A stretch of DNA of 64,000 bases from Dehalococcoidia bacterium. GTDB taxonomy: Bacteria; Chloroflexota; Dehalococcoidia; SpSt-223. The notes below the pieces were generated by a model that saw nothing but the letters and a program-made list of their open reading frames with translations, was not told the DNA's origin and ran no database searches. Position 1 is the first letter of the stretch, and every line of letters begins with the position of its first letter. The stretch is taken from NCBI GenBank assembly GCA_025054935.1, contig JANWZD010000006.1, forward strand, positions 24,228 through 88,227, in the 5' to 3' direction. The position numbers and the translations under genes were made by a program. Positions 9,621 through 19,402 of this stretch are shown piece by piece.

Positions 9621-9662
9621 CTGCAGACTGTGCACCTTGCCTGCACAGTTGCAGTGTATCAC
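9621..9662 (-). promoter_or_regulatory. Extended -10 (TGaTACACT) followed by an imperfect inverted repeat in the leader of the 84-aa gene
   Basis: agtgtatcac at 9653-9662. Arms ctgcagactgtgca (9621-9634) and tgcacagttgcag (9642-9654). Confidence 0.5.
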
Positions 9663-9900
9663 ATAAGAAGGCGATAAGACGAGGGGAAGTTGCACACGAT
9701 CCTGCGTCATTTCGACAGCAGGTGCCGCAGACGTTTTCTCAACAACCGAGGGCGATGCCATGAGCGTGATCGGTCTTGAAGGTGGACGACCGAACGCTCG
9801 ACGTAATCTTCCGTTCCGCCGCACCTCCCCGCTTGACATGGCCGCTCCCTCTCTCGCACGATGCCGGTCGTACGTTCAGAGAGTGCGCGAGGAGGAGCTG

Positions 9901-10413
9901 ATGACCGTCAAGCCCGGATGGCAGGGCCGCTTCTTCGAGGATTTCCAAGTCGGCGATGTCTACCGCCACAACCTTGGGCGTACCATCACCGAGGCCGACA
10001 ACATCTGGTTTACCTTACTGACAATGAACACGAATCCATCACATTTCGACGCTGAATACGCAAAGGGCACCCCCTTCGGCAAGATGTTGGTCAATTCCTG
10101 TCTCACCTTGGCGATTGTCACTGGGCAGAGCGTCTCCGATGTCAGCGAAAACGCGCTCGCCAACCTCGGCTGGGATGAAGTCCGGCTTCCCAATCCGCTC
10201 TTCGTGGGAGATACGCTCTATGCCGAGAGCGAGGTGCTCGAAGTCCGCGAGTCGAAGTCGCGGCCGAATGCCGGGATCGTGACAATCCGAACCCGAGGCA
10301 TGAAGCAGGATGGCACCGTGGTGATCGAGTTCAAGCGGACGATGATGATCTATAAGCGAGGGCACTCGCCGAAGCAGGCGCTTCACCCCGCCGAGCGGAC
10401 CGTGACCTCGTGA
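9901..10413 (+). CDS. MaoC-family (hot-dog) acyl-CoA dehydratase/hydratase
   Basis: SD GAGGAGG before ATG at 9901. GRFFEDFQVG, RTITEADN..F..LTMN.NP.HFD, NLGWDEVR..P.FVGDTL. Confidence 0.9.
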   Translation: MTVKPGWQGRFFEDFQVGDVYRHNLGRTITEADNIWFTLLTMNTNPSHFDAEYAKGTPFGKMLVNSCLTLAIVTGQSVSDVSENALANLGWDEVRLPNPLFVGDTLYAESEVLEVRESKSRPNAGIVTIRTRGMKQDGTVVIEFKRTMMIYKRGHSPKQALHPAERTVTS

Positions 10414-11450
10414 CCGCGGTCGATTTCGAGATCGATGCGGCTGGCACCCTGCCCGTCGAGGCGATCCCGCGATTGGCGCGTCGTGCCGAGGAGGCAGGGT
10501 TTGCAGGGATCTGGAAGGGGGAAACCAACAACCGCGACCCAGTCGCGCTGCTCGCGGCCTGCGCTACTGCCACCTCCTCTCCCCTGCTGGGAAGCGCCAT
10601 CCTGCACCTGCTCGCCCGCTCCCCAGTCGCTGCCGGCATGGCCGCAGCAACGCTCAACGAACTGTCGGGCGGTCGGTTTGTCCTCGGGCTGGGGGTCGCC
10701 AACCCAACGCTCGCGCGGTGGCACGGTGTCCGCTTCCAGCGTCCCCTTGCCATGGCGCGCGATTATGTTGCGATCGTGCGCCAGGTGTATGCCGGCGAGC
10801 GCGTTACGTGGGCGGGTGAGGCGTTCTCAGCACACGACTTTCGTTTGGCGGGCGCGCGGCCTCGCTTTCCGCTGCGGATTGTGCTGGCAGCGCTCGGCCC
10901 CCGGATGAGCCGCCTGGCCGGCGAGATTGCCGACGGGGTTCTGATCAATATGGGAGTACCGTCAGCCGTCCGCGAGATCGCCGGCTGGGCGCGGGAGGGC
11001 GCGCTTGCCGCCGGAAAAGACCCCGCCACGCTCGACATCGTGGTCAAATTCCGGGTCGTGCTGACCGACAACCAAGCGGCTGGACGAGATGCCCTCCGCC
11101 CGACCGTCGCCGCCTACTGCCGCGCTCCCGGCTATCGCGAACTGCTTGCCCGGTCGGGGTTCGCCGCCGACCTGGAACGGATCGAAGCGGCGTGGCGCAG
11201 CGGCGGCTTCAGCGCCGCCATTCGCGCTGTCGATGATGCCATGCTCGAGCGCGTGCCCGCTGCTGTTGTCGCTGACCCGGCAGCCGTCCGTCCCCTGCTC
11301 GATGACTACCTTGACGCCGGAGCGACGCGCCTCCTCCTCCCCCTGATCCCCGTCAGCGACGATCCTGCTGCAGAGACCGAGCGCTTTCTCGCTGGCTGGC
11401 AGCGAGGAGAAGCGCAGGGCGATCAGCGAGAGACAACGCCCCCAGCATGA
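10410..11450 (+). CDS. LLM-class flavin/F420-dependent oxidoreductase
   Basis: AEEAGFAGIW.GE, LSGGRFVLGLG, LAALGPRMSRLAGEIADG. GTGA overlap with the MaoC gene. Confidence 0.88.
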   Translation: MTAVDFEIDAAGTLPVEAIPRLARRAEEAGFAGIWKGETNNRDPVALLAACATATSSPLLGSAILHLLARSPVAAGMAAATLNELSGGRFVLGLGVANPTLARWHGVRFQRPLAMARDYVAIVRQVYAGERVTWAGEAFSAHDFRLAGARPRFPLRIVLAALGPRMSRLAGEIADGVLINMGVPSAVREIAGWAREGALAAGKDPATLDIVVKFRVVLTDNQAAGRDALRPTVAAYCRAPGYRELLARSGFAADLERIEAAWRSGGFSAAIRAVDDAMLERVPAAVVADPAAVRPLLDDYLDAGATRLLLPLIPVSDDPAAETERFLAGWQRGEAQGDQRETTPPA

Positions 11451-11568
11451 GCCCGTGCGCGCCGACGAGAGCACACCCCTGAGCATGCTGCGGACGCGGG
11501 CTGACCGGCTGCAGCCTTCCTCCGCGCAAAGGAGGTTCCGGAACGAGGGGACGGGAGAAAGGGACCGC

Positions 11569-13248
11569 CTACTCTGATGGAGCAGCGACGGGAGGGGCGG
11601 CAGGCGCTTCGGTCTCGCTCAGGGTGCCAAGCGGCAGCTGATCGCCCTCGTGCAGCACCCGGATTGCCGCCGCAATGAAATCGCGATAGAGGGGATGCGG
11701 CCGCGTCGGCCGCGACTTGAACTCAGGATGGAACTGGACGCCGAGCATCCACGGATGCCCGACGATCTCGCTGACCTCGACGAGCCGACCATCGGGCGAG
11801 GTGCCGCTGATGCAGAGCCCGGCGCGGGTGAGGAGGTCGCGGTAGTCGTTGTTGAACTCGAACCGATGACGATGCCGCTCATAGACGACCCGCTCCCCAT
11901 AGGCTCGTGCCGCCAAGGTGTTGGGCACAAGATGGCAGGGATACTGGCCGAGACGCATGGTGCCGCCTTTCTCGGCCAGCCCTCGCTGCTCGGGAAGCAG
12001 GTCGAAGATCGGATGCGGCGTGGCGAAGTTCAGTTCGGTCGAATTGGCCTCCTCGCAGCCAAGGACCGCGCGCGCAAATTCAATCACCATGATCTGCATG
12101 CCGAGGCAGAGCCCGAGATAGGGGATCCGATGCGTGCGCGCATAACGCGCCGCCTTGATCATCCCTTCCGTTCCTCGGCTCCCGAAGCCGCCCGGCACAA
12201 CGATCCCATCGTAGCCGCGCAAGATCGGCTCGGGGTCTTCCCGCTCGAGGCGTTCGCTGTCGATCCACGCCAACTCGAGCGTGCGGCCGTGGAAGACGGC
12301 GGCGTGCTGCAGTGCCTCTTTGACGGAGAGATAGGAGTCCTGCAGATCAACATATTTGCCCACAAGCGCGATCCGCACTGCCTCTTTGGGCGCCTTGATC
12401 CGGGCGACGAGATCGCGCCACTCCGCAAGATCGGGCTCGTGCGCCGGAAGGTTCAGCCGCTCGACGAGCCTATCGCCGAGGCCTTGATCTTCGAGAATAA
12501 GCGGGACTTCGTAGATCGAGGAGACGGTCGGAAGCGTGATCACCGCCTCGACATCGACGTCCGTGAAGAGCGCAATCTTCTCCTTGAGATCATTCGAGAC
12601 CGGCACTTCAGAGCGGCAGATGATGACATCGGGCTGGATGCCCATGCTGCGCAGCTCCTTGACAGAGTGCTGGGTCGGCTTCGTTTTCAGCTCGCCGGTC
12701 GCCATGAGATACGGCAGCAGCGTGACATGGATGTAGAGAACGTTATCTCTTCCCGCATCTTTGCGCATCTGTCGGATCGCTTCGAGGAACGGCTGCCCCT
12801 CAATGTCGCCAACGGTGCCGCCCACTTCGACGATGATGACCTGCGCTCCGGTCTGCTTCGCGACGAGAGCGATCCGGTCTTTGATTTCGTTGGTGACATG
12901 CGGCACGACCTGGATCGTGCCCCCAAGGTAATCGCCGCGCCGCTCCTTGGCGATGACGCTGGTGTACACCTGCCCGGTCGTCACATTGCTCAGCCGGCTG
13001 AGCGAGACATCGATGAACCGCTCGTAGTGGCCGAGATCGAGGTCGGTCTCCGCTCCGTCATCGGTGACAAACACTTCGCCGTGCTGATAGGGCGACATCG
13101 TGCCCGGGTCGACATTCAGATAGGGGTCGAGTTTCTGCGCCGACACGGAAATGCCCCGGCTTTTCAAGACACGGCCGATCGAGGCGACGGTGATCCCCTT
13201 GCCGACCGAACTGGCAACGCCGCCCGTCACGAAGATGTACTTCGGCAT
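11569..13248 (-). CDS. pyrG: CTP synthase
   Basis: [64 protein letters not shown]. Confidence 0.98.
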   Translation of the reverse strand: MPKYIFVTGGVASSVGKGITVASIGRVLKSRGISVSAQKLDPYLNVDPGTMSPYQHGEVFVTDDGAETDLDLGHYERFIDVSLSRLSNVTTGQVYTSVIAKERRGDYLGGTIQVVPHVTNEIKDRIALVAKQTGAQVIIVEVGGTVGDIEGQPFLEAIRQMRKDAGRDNVLYIHVTLLPYLMATGELKTKPTQHSVKELRSMGIQPDVIICRSEVPVSNDLKEKIALFTDVDVEAVITLPTVSSIYEVPLILEDQGLGDRLVERLNLPAHEPDLAEWRDLVARIKAPKEAVRIALVGKYVDLQDSYLSVKEALQHAAVFHGRTLELAWIDSERLEREDPEPILRGYDGIVVPGGFGSRGTEGMIKAARYARTHRIPYLGLCLGMQIMVIEFARAVLGCEEANSTELNFATPHPIFDLLPEQRGLAEKGGTMRLGQYPCHLVPNTLAARAYGERVVYERHRHRFEFNNDYRDLLTRAGLCISGTSPDGRLVEVSEIVGHPWMLGVQFHPEFKSRPTRPHPLYRDFIAAAIRVLHEGDQLPLGTLSETEAPAAPPVAAPSE

Positions 13249-13334
13249 GCTACTCCTCGCTCAAGCAGGCTGGCCACGGATTGTACGGTTCGAGGTCCTG
13301 CCGCTCTAGCAGCTCCGCTGAGCGAGGAAAGAGG

Positions 13335-13361
13335 AAAAAAGAGCCGGCCACGAACGGCAGC
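13335..13361 (-). terminator. Putative intrinsic terminator or attenuator upstream of pyrG
   Basis: Minus strand reads gctgccg-TTCG-tggccggc then tctttttt (UUCG-capped stem plus U-tract). Confidence 0.5.
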
Positions 13362-13439
13362 AGGAGAGGAGACAGCCCAGCGGTCAGAGAACAGGCGGGG
13401 GACCAGTGGGCATCGCGACACAGCGAAGTGTATCACGCC

Positions 13440-14381
13440 CTACCGCCGAACTAACAGGGGCTCGATATCGCGCCACGAGAGGATCGCGCGCCGCTGAATT
13501 CGCTGCCGCTGCTGAAGCACCACCGCCACTTCCCGGAGCACCGCCAGCCGGCCTCGAAGCGGGGCGGTCTCCCCCCGAAGCAGCCCCCGCGCCACCGCCG
13601 CCCCATCGAGCAGCGGCGCGGCGAGCAGCGCGAACGTCAGGCCGGGCTGGGGCATATTTTTCAGCACGCTCAGCAGCCGGTTGCGCCCGAGGAGAAATTG
13701 CTTCGTCGCGGGAAAGCGCCCGCCGGTTCCCGAATGGGCATGACGCACCACAGCGTTCGGAATGTAGCGCCCCGGCCAGCCGCGCAACTGCGCCCGCCAC
13801 GCTAGGTCGACATCTTCGTAGTAGCTTCCGAAGCGCTCGTCGAACAGCCCCACGTCTTCGAGCATGCTGCGGCGATAGAGCGCCGCGCCGGCGCAGGCGC
13901 CGAACACCGGGCAGGGCGCCTCTCGCTCCGGCACCCGCTCACCGGCACGCAGGTTCCACGCAAAGCCGAAGCGGTCGGGCGCGATCCCCGCCGAGTCAAA
14001 GACCGTCGGGTCATCCAGCCGGACCATCCGTGAGGCCGCCATCGCGAGGTTGTTATCTGCCTCGCAGGCATCAACCAACGCGGCAAGCCAATCCGGCTCG
14101 GCGATCGCGTCGTTGTTGAGCGTGGCAAGATAGTGACCGCGCGCCGCGGCCATTCCTTGGTTTGTCGCCGCCGCAAAGCCGCGGTTGCGCCGGTTGCGAA
14201 TCAGACGGACGCGCGGAAAGGCGCGCTCGATGAACTCGACGGTGCTGTCGGTGGAGCCGTTATCGACAACGATCGTCTCGAACCGGACACCGCGCTGCGC
14301 TTCTACCGCCGGCAGGCAGCGTTCGAGCCACTGCCGGCCGTTCCATGTCACGATGATCACCGAGGCAAGCGGTTCTGTCAC
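13440..14381 (-). CDS. Glycosyltransferase family 2 (rhamnosyltransferase/WbbL-like)
   Basis: True start GTG at 14381 (GTGA overlap with the upstream gene). SVIIVTWNG, VVDNGSTD, NRGFAAATN, LNNDA, YYEDVDLAWR. Confidence 0.9.
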   Translation of the reverse strand: MTEPLASVIIVTWNGRQWLERCLPAVEAQRGVRFETIVVDNGSTDSTVEFIERAFPRVRLIRNRRNRGFAAATNQGMAAARGHYLATLNNDAIAEPDWLAALVDACEADNNLAMAASRMVRLDDPTVFDSAGIAPDRFGFAWNLRAGERVPEREAPCPVFGACAGAALYRRSMLEDVGLFDERFGSYYEDVDLAWRAQLRGWPGRYIPNAVVRHAHSGTGGRFPATKQFLLGRNRLLSVLKNMPQPGLTFALLAAPLLDGAAVARGLLRGETAPLRGRLAVLREVAVVLQQRQRIQRRAILSWRDIEPLLVRR

Positions 14382-16540
14382 GGAGCATCCAGCCGATAGA
14401 GGTCGACTGTAAACCGAAGCCGCTCCCACTGGCGCGGCAGCCGGTCGAGAGGACGTTCGAGCGCCGGGACATCGAACGCCACAGTGGCGATCGGCTCGCG
14501 GACCGTCGGAGCCGGCGGAAGGCTCCGCTCGCGCAAATACAGCACCGGCCGTCCCTCGGCGTGCCAGCGACGGACCGCCGCGGTAAGGCCAGGGTCGTGA
14601 AATGCCTTCTCTTCGATGGCGAAGACTGTCCGCCCGTAGGCGAAGTGGAGCGGCATCGCCAGCCGTTCGGCAGCAGGGCTCCAGGCGAGCAGCACCACGG
14701 CGTCCGCCGGGATCGCCTCGGCGAGCGCGTCGAGCTGACGGCGCGCGCCCCCATACTCTGTCTCGCCTAGGATCGGACGCGCCTGCCAGAGCAGCATCAG
14801 GGCGAGCACGCCGCCAAGCGCAATGCTGAGCAGGCGATCCCGCCGCGACCGAGCAGAGTGCGCAAGGGCAAACAGCAAATAGGCGATGCCGAGCGAGAAG
14901 ACCGGCACCACGAGCGGAAGATAGCGACGAAACGCCCAGAAATGGGTGGGAGTGACAAGCGACTGCGTGAGCAAGATCAGCGCGGAGATCGCGCCTGCTC
15001 CCGCAAAGAGGAGCAGCACCGGATGCGGCCGCGCGATACCGATCGCGGTCACCCCCGCAACTGCGGCGGCAAGCCCGAGCGGGGTGAAGTACCAGCCAAG
15101 CTGGACAAAGCTCTCTCGGTTTGCGAGCACTACTGCGCGCACGGCAGGGTCGGCTGGGAGGTCGGTGTCTACCACGATCGGGCGGATGAAGAATGCCCAA
15201 AAGCTGAGCGCCGCGACACTCCCTGCAAGCGCGAGATTGAGCCGCGGCGATTCTGGGAGCCGCAGCCAAGGCGCTCGGCCGCGCAGCAGCAGCATAAGCG
15301 CAAGAACGAGGAGGAGGACGCCGGCAGGCCCGACAAAGACCCACCAGTTTGCGGCCGCCAGCCGTCCCAGCTGCTCGAGCGCGAACGGACGGTCGAGGTT
15401 CGCCGTGTCGAGCGCCCGCAGGTCGAGCGCGGAGCGCACGCCCGCAACCGCCGCGAGGTCGAGAGCAATGCGGAGGAGATAGAAGCGCGCAAAGAGTAGC
15501 GCGTGAGCAGCGGCCTGCGCCACAACCAGCAGATAGGCGACCAGCAGCGCGGTCTCGCACCGAGACCAGCGGCCGCGGACCCACTGCCATCCCAGCGCGG
15601 CCGCAAGCGCAGCCGGAAGCACGACGAGATCGATCTTGGCAAGATGGACCAGCCCGAAGCTCGCGCCCGCAAGCGCCGCGAACAGGGGCGAATGGCGGGT
15701 TGCGGCGAAGGCGAGCAGCGCGAAGCCGGTCAGCGCCATCGTCTGCGCCATCAGGTCTGCCATCGGGTAGCGTCCGAACCAGATCTCGCCCACATTGAGC
15801 CCGAGAAAGAGCGCGCCGCCAACCCCCACCGCCGGGTGAACGAGTAGCCGACCGATGAGATAGAGGGCGCCCAGCGCTCCAAGGTAGAGGGTTGGCGCGC
15901 CCCACAGCGGATTCCCGCCCAGCGCCCAGATCGCCATCCAAGCGGGAAAGAGGTGAAACCATTCCGGTTCGAGCAGCCCGCGCTCGGCATCATGCACCGT
16001 CACAAACGGCATGCCAGAGCGATGCCACGGCGCCGGGACGTTGCCGAACAGAGCGCGCCGCTCTTCGGCGGTCAGCCGCGGGAGCTCCGGGTCAGGCACG
16101 AGCAGCGCGCCCGTCCGCGCCATGGCAAGCGCCGTGTTGACATAGACGCCCGGGTCGTAGATGCCGAAGACATATTCCGCCGGGCGGTGCGCCAGCGCCG
16201 CCCCAAGCAGCAGCACGAGGCCCATCATCGCGCTCCACCGCCCGACCACGACGGTGCCGAACGGCAGCGCGCGCCCGCGTGCCGCGGCAATGCCGCCTGC
16301 GGCGCCGAGCGCCGCCCAGACGGCCACGAAGATGGGGAGACGCAACAGTCCCAGTTCGGCGAGCGTGAGCGCAAGCCACGAGTTGAATGCGATCGACAGG
16401 ATCAGCGCAGTGAGAGCGACGTCGACAAGCTCAGTGCGGCAGCCTGCGCGCGCTAGAGGAAGACGGCAGAGGAGGAGCAGAGCAAAGCCCGGCAGCAGCA
16501 GCGCACAGGGTGAGAGGAGGAGAAGCGAGAGCAGGTTCAC
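14378..16540 (-). CDS. Polytopic GT-C (PMT/ArnT-like) glycosyltransferase
   Basis: Many TM helices, first-loop YDPGVY acidic motif, WFGRYPMAD, FRRYLPLVVP. Confidence 0.75.
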   Translation of the reverse strand: MNLLSLLLLSPCALLLPGFALLLLCRLPLARAGCRTELVDVALTALILSIAFNSWLALTLAELGLLRLPIFVAVWAALGAAGGIAAARGRALPFGTVVVGRWSAMMGLVLLLGAALAHRPAEYVFGIYDPGVYVNTALAMARTGALLVPDPELPRLTAEERRALFGNVPAPWHRSGMPFVTVHDAERGLLEPEWFHLFPAWMAIWALGGNPLWGAPTLYLGALGALYLIGRLLVHPAVGVGGALFLGLNVGEIWFGRYPMADLMAQTMALTGFALLAFAATRHSPLFAALAGASFGLVHLAKIDLVVLPAALAAALGWQWVRGRWSRCETALLVAYLLVVAQAAAHALLFARFYLLRIALDLAAVAGVRSALDLRALDTANLDRPFALEQLGRLAAANWWVFVGPAGVLLLVLALMLLLRGRAPWLRLPESPRLNLALAGSVAALSFWAFFIRPIVVDTDLPADPAVRAVVLANRESFVQLGWYFTPLGLAAAVAGVTAIGIARPHPVLLLFAGAGAISALILLTQSLVTPTHFWAFRRYLPLVVPVFSLGIAYLLFALAHSARSRRDRLLSIALGGVLALMLLWQARPILGETEYGGARRQLDALAEAIPADAVVLLAWSPAAERLAMPLHFAYGRTVFAIEEKAFHDPGLTAAVRRWHAEGRPVLYLRERSLPPAPTVREPIATVAFDVPALERPLDRLPRQWERLRFTVDLYRLDAP

Positions 16541-18360
16541 GGCGCCCGGTCAAGCAGCTGATAGACCACATCGTCGCCGAACCGCGCCACCTCGGCGAGC
16601 GGCAACGACGGCGCCGTCATGTCGAAACGTGCCCGCGCTTGCTCATCGAGCGACGCCCGATGGACCACGAGGTAGCGCACCCCGCGCTCGCGCAGCAGTG
16701 CGAGGGCAGCCGGGGTTGGTCCCTCCGCCAGTTCGCGAGAGAGCGCCACAAGATCCGCAGGCCGGTAGGCGCTCGTCCCATTGACAATCGGCCGGCCATG
16801 GCGAAGCGCCGCCAGCATCCGAACGCTCTCCAGCCATGCCCGCTCGGTGTGGAGCAGCATCGGCAGCACCGCCACCGCCCCGGGTTCCGGCGCCGTCGCC
16901 AGCCACTCCTCGGCCGCTGTCGAGGCAGGAGCGAGCGCGCGCGGATTGCGTCCGAGCGCGGGGTAGTCATCGGTGGAATGCGCGACGGCGCCTTCCCCAA
17001 GCCAGACCGGCACGGCATAGCTCGCTGGATAGGAAGCGCTTTCCGCGACAATCAGCAGGCCGAGTGCGGCAGCAAGCGCAGGGGGCAGCCAGCGATGCGG
17101 GAGCGAGCGCACTGCCGAGAACAGCGCCGCCAGCCCGAACCCCGCGGTCAGCGCCAGCGCTATCTGCACAATGCCGCCGGCGCGCGCCGGGACGCGCAGG
17201 CCCGCGAAACCAGGAACATGCTCATACAGCCAGCCATACCACTGCAACCCGAGCGGGAGGCTGGGATTGAGCCCGAACGAGAGGCCGAGATTAACCGCCG
17301 CAACAGCGAGCAGCGCAAGCGCAATGCTGCGCGACGGTCCTCGCCGCGCGAGCGCCGTGCCCGCTCCTGCCGCTGCGAATATGAGCACGACGAGGCCGGG
17401 GAACAACGACCGCTCCGACCACTGGTCCGGCCGCAGCGGCGCCACGAGCCGACCCAAGAGGAGATTGCTCGGCGGAACAACGAGGTAGTCAGTCAGCGAG
17501 GCACTGTAGGTGCGCACCTCGTCGGGAGCGCGCGTAAAGGCCATCCGCTCGCTCACAGCGAGATAGCGGAGCGCAAGCGGGAGATTGAGCGCGAGCGAGA
17601 GCGCGGCCACCGCCCCCAGCAGCAGCAAGCGCCTCGGCCACAGGGCCGACCGCACCATCTGGTCCGTCGCCGCCCGGACAAGGACCCACACCCCCAGCGT
17701 CACTGCAACGAGCGGCGCAAGGTTGTATGAGGAGAACAGCAGCACATTCACTCCGCCGGCGAGCAGGAGCGCGTCCCGCCCGCGGCTGCTGACCAAGAGC
17801 CGGTCGAGAAACAGCAGAACAAAGGGGAGCCAGTGCAGCCAGAGCAGGTTGAGATGGCTGACATGGGCGATGCGAAAGGGGCTGAAGGCGACCGCGAGCC
17901 CGACGAGGAAGGCAGCAAGAGGTGAGCCGGTGAATTGCCGCGTCAGCAGATAGCCGCCGAGCGCAGCGAGGGTGAAGGAGAGCAGTGTGAGCAGATTAGC
18001 GGCAAGAACAGGGTTGCCGGTGAGCTGGATAATGGGCCACGCAGCGAGCCCCTGCGCGAGCAGATGGTCGTGAAAAAGAAGAACGTCTCGGTGCGGGAAG
18101 AAGAACGGCGCATCCAGCACGCCGCCGAGGTTGCGCGGGATCGTCCGCGCATACCAGGCGAGGTACCAGACCATAACGAGCGGGTCGCCGAAGTCGGGCA
18201 CCCCCTGCGTCAGATCGAGAGCGACGGGATAGGTGAGGATAAGCGTCCCAAGAGCGTAGGCGGCTGCCACGCCGAGGATGCCGGCATAGCGGCGAACAGA
18301 CAGGCGGATGGAGGCGACCGCCAAAGACGCCCGCTTGTCACCCGCCAGCGTCACGCTCAA
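16537..18360 (-). CDS. YfhO-like GT-C membrane glycosyltransferase
   Basis: GDPL..VWYLAW, DAPFFFP..D.L.FHDH, FSPFR.AH..HLNLL, GLRVPARAG, PIVNGTS. Confidence 0.78.
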   Translation of the reverse strand: MSVTLAGDKRASLAVASIRLSVRRYAGILGVAAAYALGTLILTYPVALDLTQGVPDFGDPLVMVWYLAWYARTIPRNLGGVLDAPFFFPHRDVLLFHDHLLAQGLAAWPIIQLTGNPVLAANLLTLLSFTLAALGGYLLTRQFTGSPLAAFLVGLAVAFSPFRIAHVSHLNLLWLHWLPFVLLFLDRLLVSSRGRDALLLAGGVNVLLFSSYNLAPLVAVTLGVWVLVRAATDQMVRSALWPRRLLLLGAVAALSLALNLPLALRYLAVSERMAFTRAPDEVRTYSASLTDYLVVPPSNLLLGRLVAPLRPDQWSERSLFPGLVVLIFAAAGAGTALARRGPSRSIALALLAVAAVNLGLSFGLNPSLPLGLQWYGWLYEHVPGFAGLRVPARAGGIVQIALALTAGFGLAALFSAVRSLPHRWLPPALAAALGLLIVAESASYPASYAVPVWLGEGAVAHSTDDYPALGRNPRALAPASTAAEEWLATAPEPGAVAVLPMLLHTERAWLESVRMLAALRHGRPIVNGTSAYRPADLVALSRELAEGPTPAALALLRERGVRYLVVHRASLDEQARARFDMTAPSLPLAEVARFGDDVVYQLLDRAP

Positions 18361-19373
18361 TGTTTCCCGAACACCTCGAACATCAGCCGCTGTGCTTCTT
18401 CGCGGCGCGATTGATCCATCAAAATGCCGGGGACCTGAAAGGTCGGCAGATCGACAACATCTTTGTACGCCTCGAACTTTTTCCGGACTTCGTCGGGCGT
18501 GCCGGCGATGCTCATTGCGTCGATCATGTCGTCCGTCACGGCGTCGATCATCGCCGTCATATCATGCTTGACATGGAATGCCTCTTGGATCGCCATCCGC
18601 TGCTTGGTCCATCCTTGCGAATCGGGGATGTGGCTGTAACTGCGGGTGGTGAGATAGAAGGCGATCTGGGCAGCCGCTTCGCGCCGCGCTTGGGCGCGGT
18701 CATTCGAGATCGCCGTCAAGATCCAGGTCGAAAGGGTGAAGTCCTCCCGCTTTCGGCCAGCCCGGCGGAGCCCGATGGCGAGGTTCGGCTCGATGAACTC
18801 CTTGATAAACCGGATCGAGTTGACCGGGTGTCCCGCTAATCCTTCACACAGTTCACCCGTCAGCTGAAGCATCTTCTCGCGGACCGCTGCCATGTAGATC
18901 GGAATTGTCGGCTGGTAGACCTTTGCGCGCCGGAACTGCCGGAGATCGATCTGGTAAAACCGCCCCTCATACTTGATCCGCTGCGGCTCGTGCGCCGCCC
19001 AGCAGCGGCGCAGGATCTCAATCAGTTCGCGCATCTGCGGGACCGGATGCTCAACAGTCACCGAACTTTCGACTTGGTTTTGGCGCGGCGTCCCCCCGGC
19101 AAGGCCGAGGACAAACCGCCCCTCGGAGATTTCGTCAAGGTCGGCAGCGGCAACTGCAGTGACAGTACAGGCACGCACAAAGGCGCGCGCGATTCCGGAG
19201 CCGAGACCGATCTTCTTGGTGTTGAGCGCCATTGCGGTGAGGCCGATGAAGCCGTCGACCCCGGTATTGTCATTGAACCAGACGAGGTCAAAGCCGGCGT
19301 CTTCTGCCTGCTGCGCTGCTTTGACAGCGTCTGCGATCGTCCGTCCGCCGACGGACACCGCTCGTTTCTGCAT
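18357..19373 (-). CDS. LLM-class flavin/F420-dependent oxidoreductase
   Basis: SD AGGAGG. AEDAGFDLVW, LGSGIARAF, SEGRFVLGL, PIYMAAV, IAGTPDEV. Confidence 0.88.
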   Translation of the reverse strand: MQKRAVSVGGRTIADAVKAAQQAEDAGFDLVWFNDNTGVDGFIGLTAMALNTKKIGLGSGIARAFVRACTVTAVAAADLDEISEGRFVLGLAGGTPRQNQVESSVTVEHPVPQMRELIEILRRCWAAHEPQRIKYEGRFYQIDLRQFRRAKVYQPTIPIYMAAVREKMLQLTGELCEGLAGHPVNSIRFIKEFIEPNLAIGLRRAGRKREDFTLSTWILTAISNDRAQARREAAAQIAFYLTTRSYSHIPDSQGWTKQRMAIQEAFHVKHDMTAMIDAVTDDMIDAMSIAGTPDEVRKKFEAYKDVVDLPTFQVPGILMDQSRREEAQRLMFEVFGKH

Positions 19374-19402
19374 GGACCCTCCTGCTGATTGCCGGAAGCA
19401 TT

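Noticed and set aside
11451..11568. Hairpins between the LLM gene and pyrG as a possible ncRNA
   Set aside because: Short GC stems between convergent genes are adequately explained as terminators or chance pairing.
14382..15962. 840-aa ORF suggesting a large N-terminal fusion on the GT2
   Set aside because: The extension is an alternative frame within the GT-C gene with Arg/Ala/Pro junk composition. The real start is GTG at 14381.
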